Part shown: positions 37,757-50,627 of the stretch, piece after piece
Position numbering within the stretch: position 1 is the first letter of the stretch
Layout of the letters: each line of letters starts with the position of its first letter
DNA from: Nemertoderma westbladi
Lineage: Eukaryota; Animalia; Xenacoelomorpha
Reading direction: 5' to 3'
DNA length: 64,000 nucleotides
Assembly: GCA_032718475.1 (NCBI GenBank)
Contig: JAUCBJ010006752.1
Coordinates: forward strand, 37,179-101,178
The notes under the pieces: model-generated
The model's input: the letters and a program-made list of their open reading frames with translations, nothing else
What the model was told of the DNA's origin: nothing
The model's database searches: none
Position numbers and translations under genes: made by a program

Positions 37757-40700
37757 GTCAAAACTAACCATCAGAGTTTAACAACCGAGACAAACTGTGA
37801 CCACAACCCAAGAGACAATGAGCGAACAACACGAGACGCCCTGAGGTTCAGAGAGGAGAGAAACACCGCCACGGACCCCGAAGCACTACAGACCAAACGA
37901 TTCGTGAGGCCGCAATGAGACGATATCGGCCCGCCACCCCGGACTTGCCAACGAGGGACGATCCAGATACCCAAGCAGCGGGCAGCCGACAACGAGGAGG
38001 GAGAACTGACGAGTCGACGCGAGATGCCGATGGCGCTCGAAGTACCGAAGTTGCCGGCCAACCAAAGGCTGAGGGCGACGAACGGCCCACCGGAACGGCG
38101 ATGGTGGGGCCGACGGTACTGCGCCGGATGAGGAGGGAAGGGGGAGTCAACAAAGAGGACGTCGGGACGAGTGATTGCCTGCGACGGGCAGAACAACGCC
38201 ACAAAGAGGATGCTACAGGACGCTAAGGAAGAGAGAAAGGTAGACCAGCCCAAACTATATCACAACGCCACAGAAGTGTTTGAATTGTGGCGATCCGAGG
38301 TGGTGGAGGCGGACATAGTGTACATAGGGCCTTCTCTAGTGGATGCGAGGGGGATTAAGTTAGTGGGATGGACGGACCCGTACGACGGCGAATCCGAGGT
38401 TAACGATGAGGATTCGGTGTCGTCGGTTAGTAGGAACCCCAGCAAACGGGGGAAAATTAGCAGGACGGACAGGCGACGGGAGTCCGTCGCAACCGAAAAG
38501 TCCGCTACATCCTCCGTGAAAGCAAGACGGCGGGTGTTAGAGATAGATCTGGCGTAGTCAGATTGGAATTGTAGCGCTGGATGCAGAGAGTGTAAAGAGA
38601 GGGCCGAGAGGGTGGCGAGAAACTATAGGGAGCGGGAGGAGAGAGAGATAAACGAGCGCGAAAGAGTGGGAGGAGAGGGATGGAAAGCGAGCGCAATGAG
38701 CGGGAGGTGAGACGAGCGCAAAGAGCGAGAGGAGAGAAGTGGAAAGCGAGCGCAAAGAGCGGGAGCGTAAGGGAGGTGAATGAGTCGCAAAGAGCGGGAG
38801 GCGAGGAGGGCTGAGAGGATTGAGACAGAAGTGAACGAGCGTAGAGAGCGGGAGGCGAGGGAGGCAGAATTAGCCAACCAGAGTATGAGAGGAGGATAGA
38901 GAGAGAGAGGGCGGGCAAACGCTTGCGGGATGATATGCATACCCGGTTGAGGTGGTTAATGCAGTACCAAGCGAAGCAAAAGCGCCGGTTAGAACTGGCA
39001 AAAATGGGTTTATCGGAGAGTGAGGCTGGTTCGGGAGTATTTATGAGGAACCAGAGGTGATGGAAACCTTTGTTAATACCCCACTTACAGGTACCGGACG
39101 ACAGACGCACGACTGGTGTGACCGTACGGGCAGGAGGGGGTAATAATAATACGTTTGATGAAGTTAATGTTAATAGTACTGTAATAGATAACCCTAATAC
39201 TAATGAAACCTTTCTTGCAGGAAATAATATTTTACCCGGTGGATAATCCTAATATTGGTGCACAAAATAATTTAAATAATAATATAAATAATGTAGACCA
39301 AAATAATTCAAATATTTAAATAATGATAATCCAAATATAATAAATAATCCCGGTGGACATTAATCAAAATAATATAATTAACAACGTAGTAAACCAGAAG
39401 GCGAGACTATTAACGGTGCAATTAATACAAACGTAGGGCAAACAAGCGACCATGCCCAATGAGAGCCTACAAGGCCACGCATTTGCGCAGGGAGAAGCGG
39501 GGGTGAATGAACCCAGAGAGGGTAGAACTAACGCGTCGACTAGAAGGGAACGTGGGGGCGAAGTAAGAGGTGATGGATGGGGGGGGGGCTACGGGCAGCC
39601 CACCACAAGCAATTAACGACGAGAGGGGGGGGGGGGGGGGCAGAGAATCTCCCACAAGCGTCGATGGGGAATGTGCGCGGTGAGTTGAGTGAACCGTGGC
39701 ACCCGACGGCGGCCGAGGGGGGGGGGGCAGAGAATGTCCCACGAGAGTCGACGGACAATGTGTGCGGTGAGTTGAGTGAACCATGGCACCCGACAGCGGG
39801 CGACAGGGGGGGGGGGGGGGGGCAGAGAATGTCCCACGAGCATCGGCGGACAATGAGCGTGGTGAGTTAAGTGGACCGTGGCACCCGACGACAGAGGTTA
39901 GTAGGGGGACTGCGAATATCCCCAGGACCGTCCAACCGGGCAGAGGGAGGGACGTTGGTGCCGTGAGCGGCCGAACGAGGAAACGTCGAGCCCACTCGGA
40001 AGACGGAAGAAGAACAGTGGAGTTCGTCCCGGAGGTCGCTAGGCGAGATCCCATGAGAGAGGACACTACGCTGGAATCAGAGGAGGCGAGGAGAAGCGAG
40101 GAAGCGTTGCTACGAGCAAGCAGAGGGGAAGGACGGAAGTGAACCGTCAGTAGTCGAGATGGAAACAGAGAGCCGGTGGGGTCGTACTCCGGGAGATTGC
40201 CTTCGCCCCGGAGAAACACAACCTGGTGAAATATACCACACACCGGGAGAGTGGTACAGAGTGTACCGGTACGAGGATGAAGACAGGAGAGGGGATCAGA
40301 GAGAAACTTCCCGTCGGAACGTAGCTGCCGATCGAGAATATGGTAGTCGCGGGGAGGACGTCTCGGAATACTCGAGAAGATTAAACTTCGGTCCGGAAGG
40401 ACATAGGCAGACTGCACATGCTAGAACTATATTGCTGCATTTGGCAGCGCCGAACGGAGATATCTTTCTATTCGACCTGGGGACCTATGGAAAGAAGAAT
40501 GGGCCGAAGTTAAACTGGTTGCTGAGGGTGGTGCAGGAGCTAGTGAGACAGAAAACTACGGTTAAGGTGGTATCGGTGATCCGCAACAACGCGGATAGGA
40601 TCATTGGACCGGACACCTCCAATCTCCTGGACATGCAAGTAGTCTATATGGCTATGTCAAGACCAGAGGGGTTGGGATTGGTGGAGAATACAGGACATTG

Positions 40701-41166
40701 CAGAGCCGTGGCGATGGGCCAACTAATGGGGCTCGTCTGCCACAAGTCGATGGACTGGAGCAAGCTCCGGGAAGAATACGGAGCGGAACTTGCGAACTCG
40801 CTAAAATGGGGAGCGAGACCAGGAAAGCAAGAAGTATATCAGTTCCGGAGGGGAGCGATAAAGATATATCAGAAGAGATATATCTTACAGGAGGATTGGA
40901 TTATGATAGGTTTATTAAATCTATTCATTACAGTGGTTATCGGGAGGGAGCCGACGGTGTTTCTACTATCAGGAGCACCTCTGAATCACAGGAGAGCCTT
41001 TAAGGTAACCTTCGAAGGTCTTGTAGACCACCCGGGGCTGAAGGGCGAGTCGGTATATTACGATACCCGACACCTAGTGGACAGATCAGTAGACACACCG
41101 TACAAACGATGGAAGAAACTGGAGGTGGATAGGGTCGAGGAGAGGAGACTAGAGGAGGTCGCCTGA
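37757..41166 (+). mobile_element. Decayed internal region of probable LTR element (broken ORFs, E/R-rich coiled coil, exonuclease-like ORF)
   Basis: Abrupt GC/purine-rich shift after the LTR; interrupted + strand frames; no RT or integrase motif seen. Confidence 0.55.
40159..41166 (+). CDS. DEDDy 3'-5' exonuclease-like ORF (WRN/RNase D/EXD-type), probably degenerate
   Basis: LLHLAAPNGDIFLFD, TVKV, NLLDMQ, WGARP, KRYILQED in the order expected for this fold; ExoI position reads FGPEG instead of FDxEG. Confidence 0.6.
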   Translation: METESRWGRTPGDCLRPGETQPGEIYHTPGEWYRVYRYEDEDRRGDQRETSRRNVAADREYGSRGEDVSEYSRRLNFGPEGHRQTAHARTILLHLAAPNGDIFLFDLGTYGKKNGPKLNWLLRVVQELVRQKTTVKVVSVIRNNADRIIGPDTSNLLDMQVVYMAMSRPEGLGLVENTGHCRAVAMGQLMGLVCHKSMDWSKLREEYGAELANSLKWGARPGKQEVYQFRRGAIKIYQKRYILQEDWIMIGLLNLFITVVIGREPTVFLLSGAPLNHRRAFKVTFEGLVDHPGLKGESVYYDTRHLVDRSVDTPYKRWKKLEVDRVEERRLEEVA

Positions 41167-42360
41167 ATCGAATAGAAGCAAATACGCTCTATATCTCACA
41201 TTGCAATTATGTAGATCGAAGTTTCAGTAAAAAATATGCTGTCCATAGAATTCCATGACTATAACTTACCCAAGGACATCATTTCACAGGATTTCAAAAC
41301 AATCAGGAAACAAATGACATGCCTTGTATGTATTTGCGTTTTTCTCAAAACTATGTAAAAATGAGTTAAACCGAGTGAGGGCCAAGTTGTCTGTAGGCAG
41401 GGCCCTATCGTAAGCCAGTCCAGTTCCATCAAACTATCCCCAGTTGTAAGCTGAGCAGGGATATCCCAAGGCCGGGGGGGGGGGGGGGGGTGGGGGTAGG
41501 GGTGGGGGAGGCGATGACGGGAAAATGTTGATTAGCAATATCGCAGCGCGGTAGAGGTATGAGGCCAATAATAGAGTAATAGAGAGAGGCCAAACAGTAG
41601 TGACAAATACTGAGATTTTGAAACAATGTTATTACAAAATTATTGCTATATTCTGTCTATTCAGTAGTATAATCACTGTGTCACCTACCGGATCTGGTGG
41701 CGGTAATGGCGTCAGGACAAGGTCTGGTGCCGTAAGTGCGAAAGTACAGTAGCGCTAGGGCTGGGTCTGGAGCCGATAATATCGCCATTTTCAAGTCTTT
41801 CATTGAAATATCTTCATTTAGTAACGAATCAGTGCTGCCATCCATAAGTGTATCACCATAGGTCGTCGTCTCTGGATTATCACTTTTGTCGTTGTACCGC
41901 GATGATAGTTGACCATCTTCTTCAATGTAAGAAGTAACATCACGCGCCAGTATCGAAACCCAAGAAAATTGAAAATGTTTTTTATCGATTAATAATGTAA
42001 AAAATTTAATTATGCGTTAATTATGTTTCCGGTATTCCATTATTTATGTTAAAATAAGCTGAAAATTCAATCTTTTTGAAAATCAAAAATATCTCAAATC
42101 AAACTCAAAATTTTTGAAAATTTTTATATTTTACACACCGACCTAATTTAAGTCGCTCTTTCAAAGGAAACCAAGGTAGCCCCATTGGTTTACAGTAGAT
42201 GCAAGTTTCGAGTTTAAAACACCCTATGCTTGATCCTCAGCCGTGCCATTTAAAGGTAGGGTGTTTTTCCTTAGAAAAGCTTATAATATAATTGTGTTAT
42301 ATTTCCTATTACTTATACTTAGATATTGGCGGGAATTTCAGGTTGTTCGCATTTACACGT

Positions 42361-43041
42361 TGTAAGCGGATTCAATTCCCTACTTTACCCACCCAAAATG
42401 GGACTAGTGGCATTTCACCAATATAGTTGGCGATGTGAGATTACCAATAATAATCTCACCTCATAACCAACTGGGGGGGGGGGGGGGGATACACGCCGTA
42501 AGCCACAGAGAGAGGTGAGAGGTCAAACCACCTCAGAGGGAGAAACCAGCTAGTGAGGCTAGCACCAGGGGGTAACACCTACAGGGAGTGGCGAAGTGAC
42601 AATTAGTATATAAGCCAATAGCGGGCAGGGAAGCACGTTGGGGAGGACAAGAGCGCATCCATTGGGTATTAGAGGCCGCCCAGTAGTGTAGGGCTAAAAC
42701 CAATGTGTCAATGATATAACTCTTGTAATCACTGATTATATTAGTTAGTTGAGTTAGTTGATTCCCTTACGGTTGTGAGACCGGAATAGTTTTTGACCGT
42801 CGTCGTCGTTATTAGATCATTACTATAGCATTGTTTCTGTTACTGTGCATTGCGTATTATTATATTCAGACTGTGCTATTATCAACTGCTGTGATTATCA
42901 ACACTGACAATTTAACTCCTTGTTTTCAACGGCCTACGGCCTAACGTATCCAGCAGACAGCCAGCAGCTTACGAACGCGACGACGCGTACAATCTACACT
43001 GGTCGGGAGCTGATACTGCCAACTCCGTCAGTCCCGTCACA
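42361..43041 (+). mobile_element. Solo LTR with 5-bp target-site duplication
   Basis: TG...CA ends; CACGT at 42356-42360 and 43042-43046. Confidence 0.85.
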
Positions 43042-43529
43042 CACGTGGGTAAAATACCTTAGGAAAGATTTTATACTTACTACTGATTCTATAGAATCTC
43101 AATTCTGTCGATTAGGAATATTCAAAGCCAATGGAATTGGAAAACGAATTTTATGGCTTCAACTTGGTTGAGGATAGCGCCATAGCGGTGGCGGTGTTAT
43201 AGCTCAGGTGGTGGTGGACTGTGCGCTTTAGGTCAATGGGTACAACGAGTCAAAGGGACCAAAACGAGTCAAAGGGTTAAAACAGGGTTAAAACAACAGG
43301 AAAGGGTAAAACGAGACAAAGGGTACAATAGGAAAGGGTAAAACGAGACAAAGGGTACAAACTAGGCGGTCAAAGGGTACAAAGCAGGACGTCTAAGGGT
43401 ACCAAAAAAAACGAGTCAAAGTGTACAACATCAAAGGGTACAACGAGTCAAAGGGTACAAACAACGCGGTTATTTAGTTCGTTTATTATTATGGTTAGGG
43501 TTAGTTGGTCAGGCCTCAACCATAATTAA

Positions 43530-43923
43530 AACTACAGATGAATCAAAAACAAAATTCTGGACATATCGCGAAATAATGAACCCCAAGCTCGAACCACACC
43601 AGTTGTATAAAAAACGCGACCTATACCTGCCAGATTATATCCGGATATGGTTCACCCGTATTAGACTAATGTCACACAACCTAAGGATAGAAAAGGGTAG
43701 ATGGAGCCGAACCCCGACCGAACAGCGGGTGTGTGAGTGCGCCAAAATTTCTGTACAAAATGAACCCCATGTTTTACTTTTCTGCCCTTTAACCACAAAA
43801 TTACGGAATAAATATGAAAATTTGGATTTTGATAACGTTAATGTATTATTCTATGGTAATAATAATAATTTAGGGTTTCTATGTAAATATATATATGAAG
43901 TAATACAGGTCTTCGGCGATTAG
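43530..43923 (+). mobile_element. LINE C-terminal fragment with Cys/His knuckle (RTEX-like)
   Basis: TRIRLMSHNLRIEKGRW..RVCEC..EPHVLLFCP. Confidence 0.75.
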
Positions 43924-45997
43924 TGCTTATATATATATATACTGTAATTACTATATTAGTATTGAACTATCGTTGTTTATATCATTTGAATATTTTGGAC
44001 ATTATAATTAGGTACTGGGTACTGATTTCCACTGTCCGAGTTCGCTCGACCTAGTAGTAATTAGGTACTATTTTTTGAATACGGTCTAACAGTTCCTTCA
44101 TTATTCCTATTTCGCTTATTATTTGTGATTGTGCTGTGCTTTATATTATTAACAATATTATCAATGTCAATAAAATACTACTAACCATAACCCTAAGTCA
44201 TAATCTAAGAAATTTAGCGGAATTTCTGACATTATTGCCATCTAGGCCCGAAGGGCCGTTAATGCTAAATATCATAAAAACTTTACGGGCAAAGATGTAA
44301 CTATAATCGATTTCAAAGAGTTGAGTTTGAGTAATTTATATTCACGGAATGGTAATCTGGAACCATATCCCATGATGATGTTTCCAGGTTTTGTTATATT
44401 AGTTTTCAACTGTATGTTAAAATTGAGTTATAGTGGTCGCAAAAATGATTTAAAATGTTCGCAAATACAGTAAGCCTACCAACCCACGTGTTTATTTATC
44501 TTCCATCCGCATTCATTGGCAATGAAAGCATGCCTGTTGAGTTATGAACTGGAGGTCAGTTGTTTTATATTTTTAACTCGTTTTATGATGTTTAGGAGAT
44601 AATAAATGTCAATAAAACCAATTTCAGGTGTTCAGGGCAATTTTATAACAACAATTTTGTAACAAATACAATTATGTATTTATTATTATTATTATGTATG
44701 TATTTGGCTTTGATTTTATACCGATAATTAAAATTCCAAAGCTGGTACTCAACTCACGTGTTGTTTACAACTTGTCACTATGGTAACCATACCATGTTCC
44801 AGATATTCTTGAACGTGTCCATGACGGCATCTCCTGACACGAATCACATAAATAATTTACTTTATATTATTGGAGGAATAATTTTATGTGCTTGTGTTGT
44901 GAACGCGTTTGTGGTTTACCATGTGTGCAATTTTTTACGATTATAATGTAACTAACATTACTATAGAGTGGCGGTAACTTAAAATTGTTTTAGACTTCGT
45001 TGTTGGCATTGCATGTTATGTATCTTTATAAACTGCCCGCCGAGTAGGGCCTAAATTTACGCGGCGGGCAATTCCTATTTATGAATTAAATAGTTACGCA
45101 TTTTTCAACCTTGGGAAAGAGTAGCGCCCTCACTGCCTTACAGGTAATTGCAAAGAGAGAGGAAGCCTTAGGGATGGCTCCGCTTTCTGTTGCCCGTTTA
45201 CCAATAACTTTACTTTATGTCACACTTAGGATATATGTTTATGGTACCATTGACGGTACCAAACTTTATTATTAGAGTGTTAAATTAATTAATCACTTAA
45301 CGGAAGTTATGTAATTGAGACTGTCGTTTCTGATTCTGCCGGAAATGTACCCTAATCAACCAAATTTGTTTTTGACCTTCTACATAAATAATGACAATAT
45401 GTAAAGGCATAAAATAGTGATATATAATTTATACATAACCGTAACCAAACGTAATATTCTATGGCAGAACGATTGATACAGCAATTAGTTCCTTTGAAGA
45501 ACATTGTAAACCTCAGTACGATATTATATGGCCAACAGTTTATAGGCTCATTCCATCAAATGTCAACCGCAGTGCCAATTTTGAAAAAAGTGTATTATTG
45601 CTTCTCATATCAATTTTCAGAACCAATATATGATGCGGTTTACGAATTTAATGCAAAAAACCGCATCAAAATTGGTAAACTTTCTGAAATCTGGTGTTAT
45701 TCGGGTTTACCTCTCAAACTGCAAAAATACAGTTAACTGAGTGCATAATATGACAACAGCGTTTTATGAGTATTATTTTAGGCAGATGGCAAAGTAATAG
45801 AGTACTTTTCGAAGCAAAACAATCATATTTTCTAATGAAATCATTTGCTGTCAATTAAAACAACGTTAGTAGTAGGGTCTTGGGCGGCTCGGCGACAGTT
45901 AGACCACACTCATGACTCATCGCTTAGGAATGTGACACCCATGGGTGTCATTGGGTGTGATTGGCGCCAGACTGTCTGGGTGACACCTCCTAATTAG

Positions 45998-47786
45998 AGT
46001 TATAGTTCTTCCGGGTAGAATACTATTATTGGGTGATTTTAACTTTCATGTTGATGTCTGCGATAACAAGGATGCCGCCGAGTTTCTTGACATTTTAAAT
46101 TGCTTTGGATTGGTACAGTTAGTAAATCAACCAACCCACATAAAGGGCCATACACTAGATCTGGTGCTAGTACACACTGACGACCAGAATATCGTTTGCA
46201 ACGTTTTTGTACGAAATATAGGTTTATCCGACCACTTTGCAGTCTACTTTAACTTGAATTTCACTAAACCAGCCGATATATCACAGACAATAAGTTACCG
46301 AAATATAAGTAAAATAAACGGTAATCTGTTTTTGGAGGATTTAAAACATTCACCAGTATGCGACTCTCCTTCTGGTGATATTAATGGAGTTATTAAAATG
46401 TATAATGATAACCTAATGAACATACTCGATAAACACGCCCCATTACAAACAAAAACTGTTTCCATGAGGCCGAAGGCAAATTGGTACACTGATGAGATTA
46501 ACGACGCAAAAAGAAAACGCAGAAGATTGGAGCGCCGATATCGAAAGACGAATATCTGTGCTGATTGTATCGCCTATCGCCTACAGTGCACGGTGGTTGC
46601 CAATACCATAGCGTCAGCAAAAGAGACATATTATAGTAACATTATAAAGAATAATGCAGGTGATCAACGAAAACTATTTTCAGTGGCTGCCAAAATACTT
46701 TATCGTAAAAACAAAAGTACATTGCCTTCACACGAGGATGATGAAAAGTTGGCGAACAGGTTTATGGAATTCTTTGACAAGAAAATAAAGGATATTAGAT
46801 ATGACTTATTATCTGGAAATGGCGGTTCTACTTCACGGGGCGTTGATGATCTGGGGGCTCCTACGGAGGGCGCTATCAAACTGGGTGTTCCTACGGGGGG
46901 CGCTACTGAATTGGGCATTCCTACGGGGGGTGATACTGGACTGGGCGCTCCTACAGGGGAATCATCCGACCAGGGCGTTCCTACGGGGGGAGCATCTGAC
47001 CTGGGCATTCCTACAGGGGGTGCTGCTAGACTGGGTGTTCCTACGGGGGGCGCTACTGAATTGGGCATTCCTACGGGGGGTGATACTGGACTGGGCGCTC
47101 CTACAGGGGAATCATCCGACCAGGGAGTTCCTACGGGGGGAGCATCTGACCTGGGCATTCCTACAGGGGGTGCTGCTGGACTGGGCGTTCCTACGGGGGG
47201 TGCAACTGGACTGGGCGTTCCTACGGGGGGCTCATCTGAACTGGGCATTCCTATTGGGGGACCATCTGACCTGGGCATTCTTACGGGTGAAGCATCGGAT
47301 CTGGGTGTTCCTACAGGGGGCGCTAGTGAACTGGGCGTTCCTATGGGGGGCGCAACCAACCTGGGCATTCCTACGGGGGGTGTTACTGGACTGGGCGCTC
47401 CTATGGGGGGGGCTACTGAACTGGGCATTCATACGGGGGCCGCTACGGGACTGGGCATTCCTACGGGGTGCGCAACTAACCTAGGCATTCCTACGGGGGG
47501 CGCTACGGGACTGGGCGTTCCTACGGGTATGGGGGGCGCAACCAACGGTAAAGGAAACAATATTCCCAAATTGGAACACTTTAATAAAATAACAATGGAT
47601 GAGGCAGAAAAGCTAATAAAGAACTCAAAATCTAAATCTAGTACCATGGATCCGATTCCCACGCAATTAGTAAAACATTCAATAAAATTGTTGCTACCAG
47701 TGATTATGTTAATTATTAATTTATCAATTACAACTGCTACTGTGCCGACTCTATTCAAGGAAGCTGTGTTAACACCAGTCATAAAG
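45998..47786 (+). pseudogene. Duplicated 5' part of the L2 element, broken before the RT domain
   Basis: Same translation as 54701 ORF up to TPVIK, then unrelated sequence. Confidence 0.9.
46851..47530 (+). repeat. 30-bp coding minisatellite (~23 units) in L2 ORF, copy 1
   Basis: ctgggc(a/g)ttcctacggggggcgctactgaa units. Confidence 0.95.
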
Positions 47787-50627
47787 TGTTGGCAAATATA
47801 CCAAAGGGCTAACTTTGCAAGCTCTTTTTCCGCTATTGTGCTAACTTTTCCAAAGTGCTAACTCAAAGTGCTAACTCGTGGTCCTTGCAATCTGAAACTT
47901 TGTCAAAACGTTTTTTAGACCATTTCCCACAAGTTAGCATTTTACCACTTTTGCAGTCCAGTGTGTCATGTGTATGGAAAACTTGGCCCCCCTTAGCGGC
48001 ATTATGGGAACTGGTACTTTTCAAACACACTTAAACACTCAAGAGTATGGAATGGCCATAATGCTAACTTACAAACACACTTCTTACACTTACATTCCAT
48101 TTGTACCAACTACCAAGTGCTAAATGATTATAAGACCGCAAATACCCTAATACGCTAACTCGCTGAATGTTAATTGCGAATACCCCTCCGTTTCGCGAAT
48201 AGCCAATTGTACACGTATACGTATAACCTAATAATAAAAGCGTTTTGCACAAACTGCGGGGGCACTAAAGTCTTAACTTATTACTTTTAGATAGTCTTTG
48301 AAAGTACTCTATACAAAGTCCTAACCCGATAACTGTGTATTGTCATGGAAACGTAATGGTTTCTTACCTGGACATCCATACAATGTATTTCCATTTATTG
48401 CACAGGCGACATATTATTATGTAGTGAGTGATTGCCGTGGAATGGAAATACCTAGATATATTGACAATCGTTATTTCAAAATTCATCCGGTCTAATTGTT
48501 GAGATACCCCAAATTGAGGTTCTAAATTTGTGAAAATATTAGTGAAATAATTTTATGGTTAAAGAGAAAACTCTATTTGTTTTTATGTAGAGTAATGCGT
48601 AATTTTATTCCACAAAGTTGCCTTTTCTTTTATAGCAGGTAAATTGCAATAATTAGTGCATTATAGGCGTACCTAAACATGCGCTATTTTTATGAAAATT
48701 AACAACTTCTCGATGTGGTGATATCCTCGTAACGCAGCTAAGTAATAATAATCACTAACTTAGTAACAATAAACTTCTATAACAAATATTGATAGTATTT
48801 CCCATTACTGATAACCATTGATTGTAGGCGAAGTGTATGTTTAGTTGATGTACCAACTGCAATTAATTGCATAAAAAGGATATTAATTTCATTAATATTC
48901 CTAAACATTACAATATTAACGCTAATAATTAAGCATTCAGAACGCCCTTAAATTTACATAATTTAACAAAATGGCACCATTTTGTGAAAAGGGCACTGTC
49001 AACGTTTATGAATGAATGACCCTTGTAGATTTATGGAAACATCCCTCGCCACCCCCGCTCGGTACATAAATACTGCTTATGTGAAACCTTTTACACAATC
49101 ATGTAAAATAGTTATAGTTTCACTTATATCAATTTACAATATTTGCAGGAAAAAATAATACAATTCAATCATTGTTCGTGTAACATCAGTTATAAATCGG
49201 TAAAATATGAAAGTTCCTTTACATAAATCATTACGTCGGTTTTTCTGACTTTTATTGTCTGCTATATTTTAATTTTTTTTACCTATTATCAATAATGTTT
49301 TTTACTTTCTCTCGTGTTATTTTAATTTTCGTTGGTTAGTCATAGTCAATCACACTTATATTCAATTTGTACTAAGTGCTAAATGATTGTAAGACCGAAA
49401 ATATTGATTGCGAATACCCCTCAGTTTCGCAAATAACCAATTTCACATCGAACACAAAAATAAAACCGTTTGCATAAACTCCGGGAGCGCTAAAGTCCTA
49501 ACTTATACTTTCTTTTGAAAGTACTTTATACAAAGTCCTAACCCGATAATTTTGTATTGTCATGGAAACCTAATGGTTTCTTACCTGGACATTGACAACT
49601 AGTCTAATGAAACATAGGCAAACCGAAATTTATTCCCAGACTGAAACGAATAAGAATGGTGAAATGGATAACTTACACATAGATAGGCAATCGTTATTAG
49701 AATATTTCCTCGTTTCTTCTATTGTTGAGATTTAATAAAATACATAAAACACAAACTCAAACTGTGGCAAATTTAATTTTGGTTGTAAATTGGTGAAATT
49801 TGTTAGTGAAACAATAAATATAATATGCGTCAGATTAATAATTAACAATTGATAAAATTCCAAACCATTAAAATTCACTATAATGATAGGCTGCTCAGAG
49901 TAACTTAAACCCACATAAATAATTCCCTTGAGTGAATTCTATCCGCGTAGGAGAAATTAAATATAAAAATGTTAATTATGCGATCATTTTAGAAATTTTG
50001 ATCTTATGAAAAGATAATGAAAAGAGTCATAGTGAAATTCTCATATTAAAGCAACGTTTCAAAACCAATCCGGATAATTCTAAAGTGCCGGGGGAAAATA
50101 AATTAACACAGTCCAAGAATTGGAGCCGCACCTAACTAATATATCGTGGACACTGATAAAACACAAGATATACTGTATAATAATAATTTTGATGAAAAAT
50201 ATGAAGCATTAGTTGCATCATTAACTGAAATATGACTCATCTCATTGCACTGATTCAAATGAATAGCCTTGAATTATTATATAGGAGCTACGGCAATTTT
50301 GATATTTTGTATCTCTTAGAATTTTCCCAGGAGTCTTTTTCCCAAGTTTTGTTTTGAATCCGTTACTGTAAAATTATGATCCATTACCAAATTTAATATA
50401 ACATTTCCCTTGCAATAAATAGACCAATAAACTGATCTGAAATTTTCAAAACCAAGTTTCATATCGTCACTACTGTAATCTTTGACAAGTTTTTCTGATA
50501 ATTGAAAAATCAGGTATCCCTAATGCCAACTAGCTAGGATCGGCATGCTGCATTGCAGCTGCATTTTTAAAAATACTGTGCCGGCTTGTCGTCAAAATTG
50601 CACCGCCTCAACTCCCTATCACCCAAG

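Larger units (their letters stand above)
43900..47786 (+). repeat. 3.9-kb segmental duplication, copy 1
   Basis: Matches 52572-56458 at constant offset 8672; identical ORF translations in both. Confidence 0.95.

Noticed and set aside
41472-41682. Polypurine tract followed by a short TGAC...GTCA LTR-like segment
   Set aside because: No second copy in the window and no similarity to the identified LTR family.
41680-41960. ~90-codon open frame on the minus strand
   Set aside because: No AG acceptor or recognisable motif; cannot be supported as an exon.
37106-43041. Single intact LTR retrotransposon
   Set aside because: Outer flanks do not form a TSD, the right LTR has its own TSD, the LTRs are diverged, and no pol is visible.
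46700-47484. Pro-rich minus-strand ORF and alternative-frame WAFLRG ORF (also at 55372-56156)
   Set aside because: Shadows of the 30-bp minisatellite, open only because the unit lacks stops.
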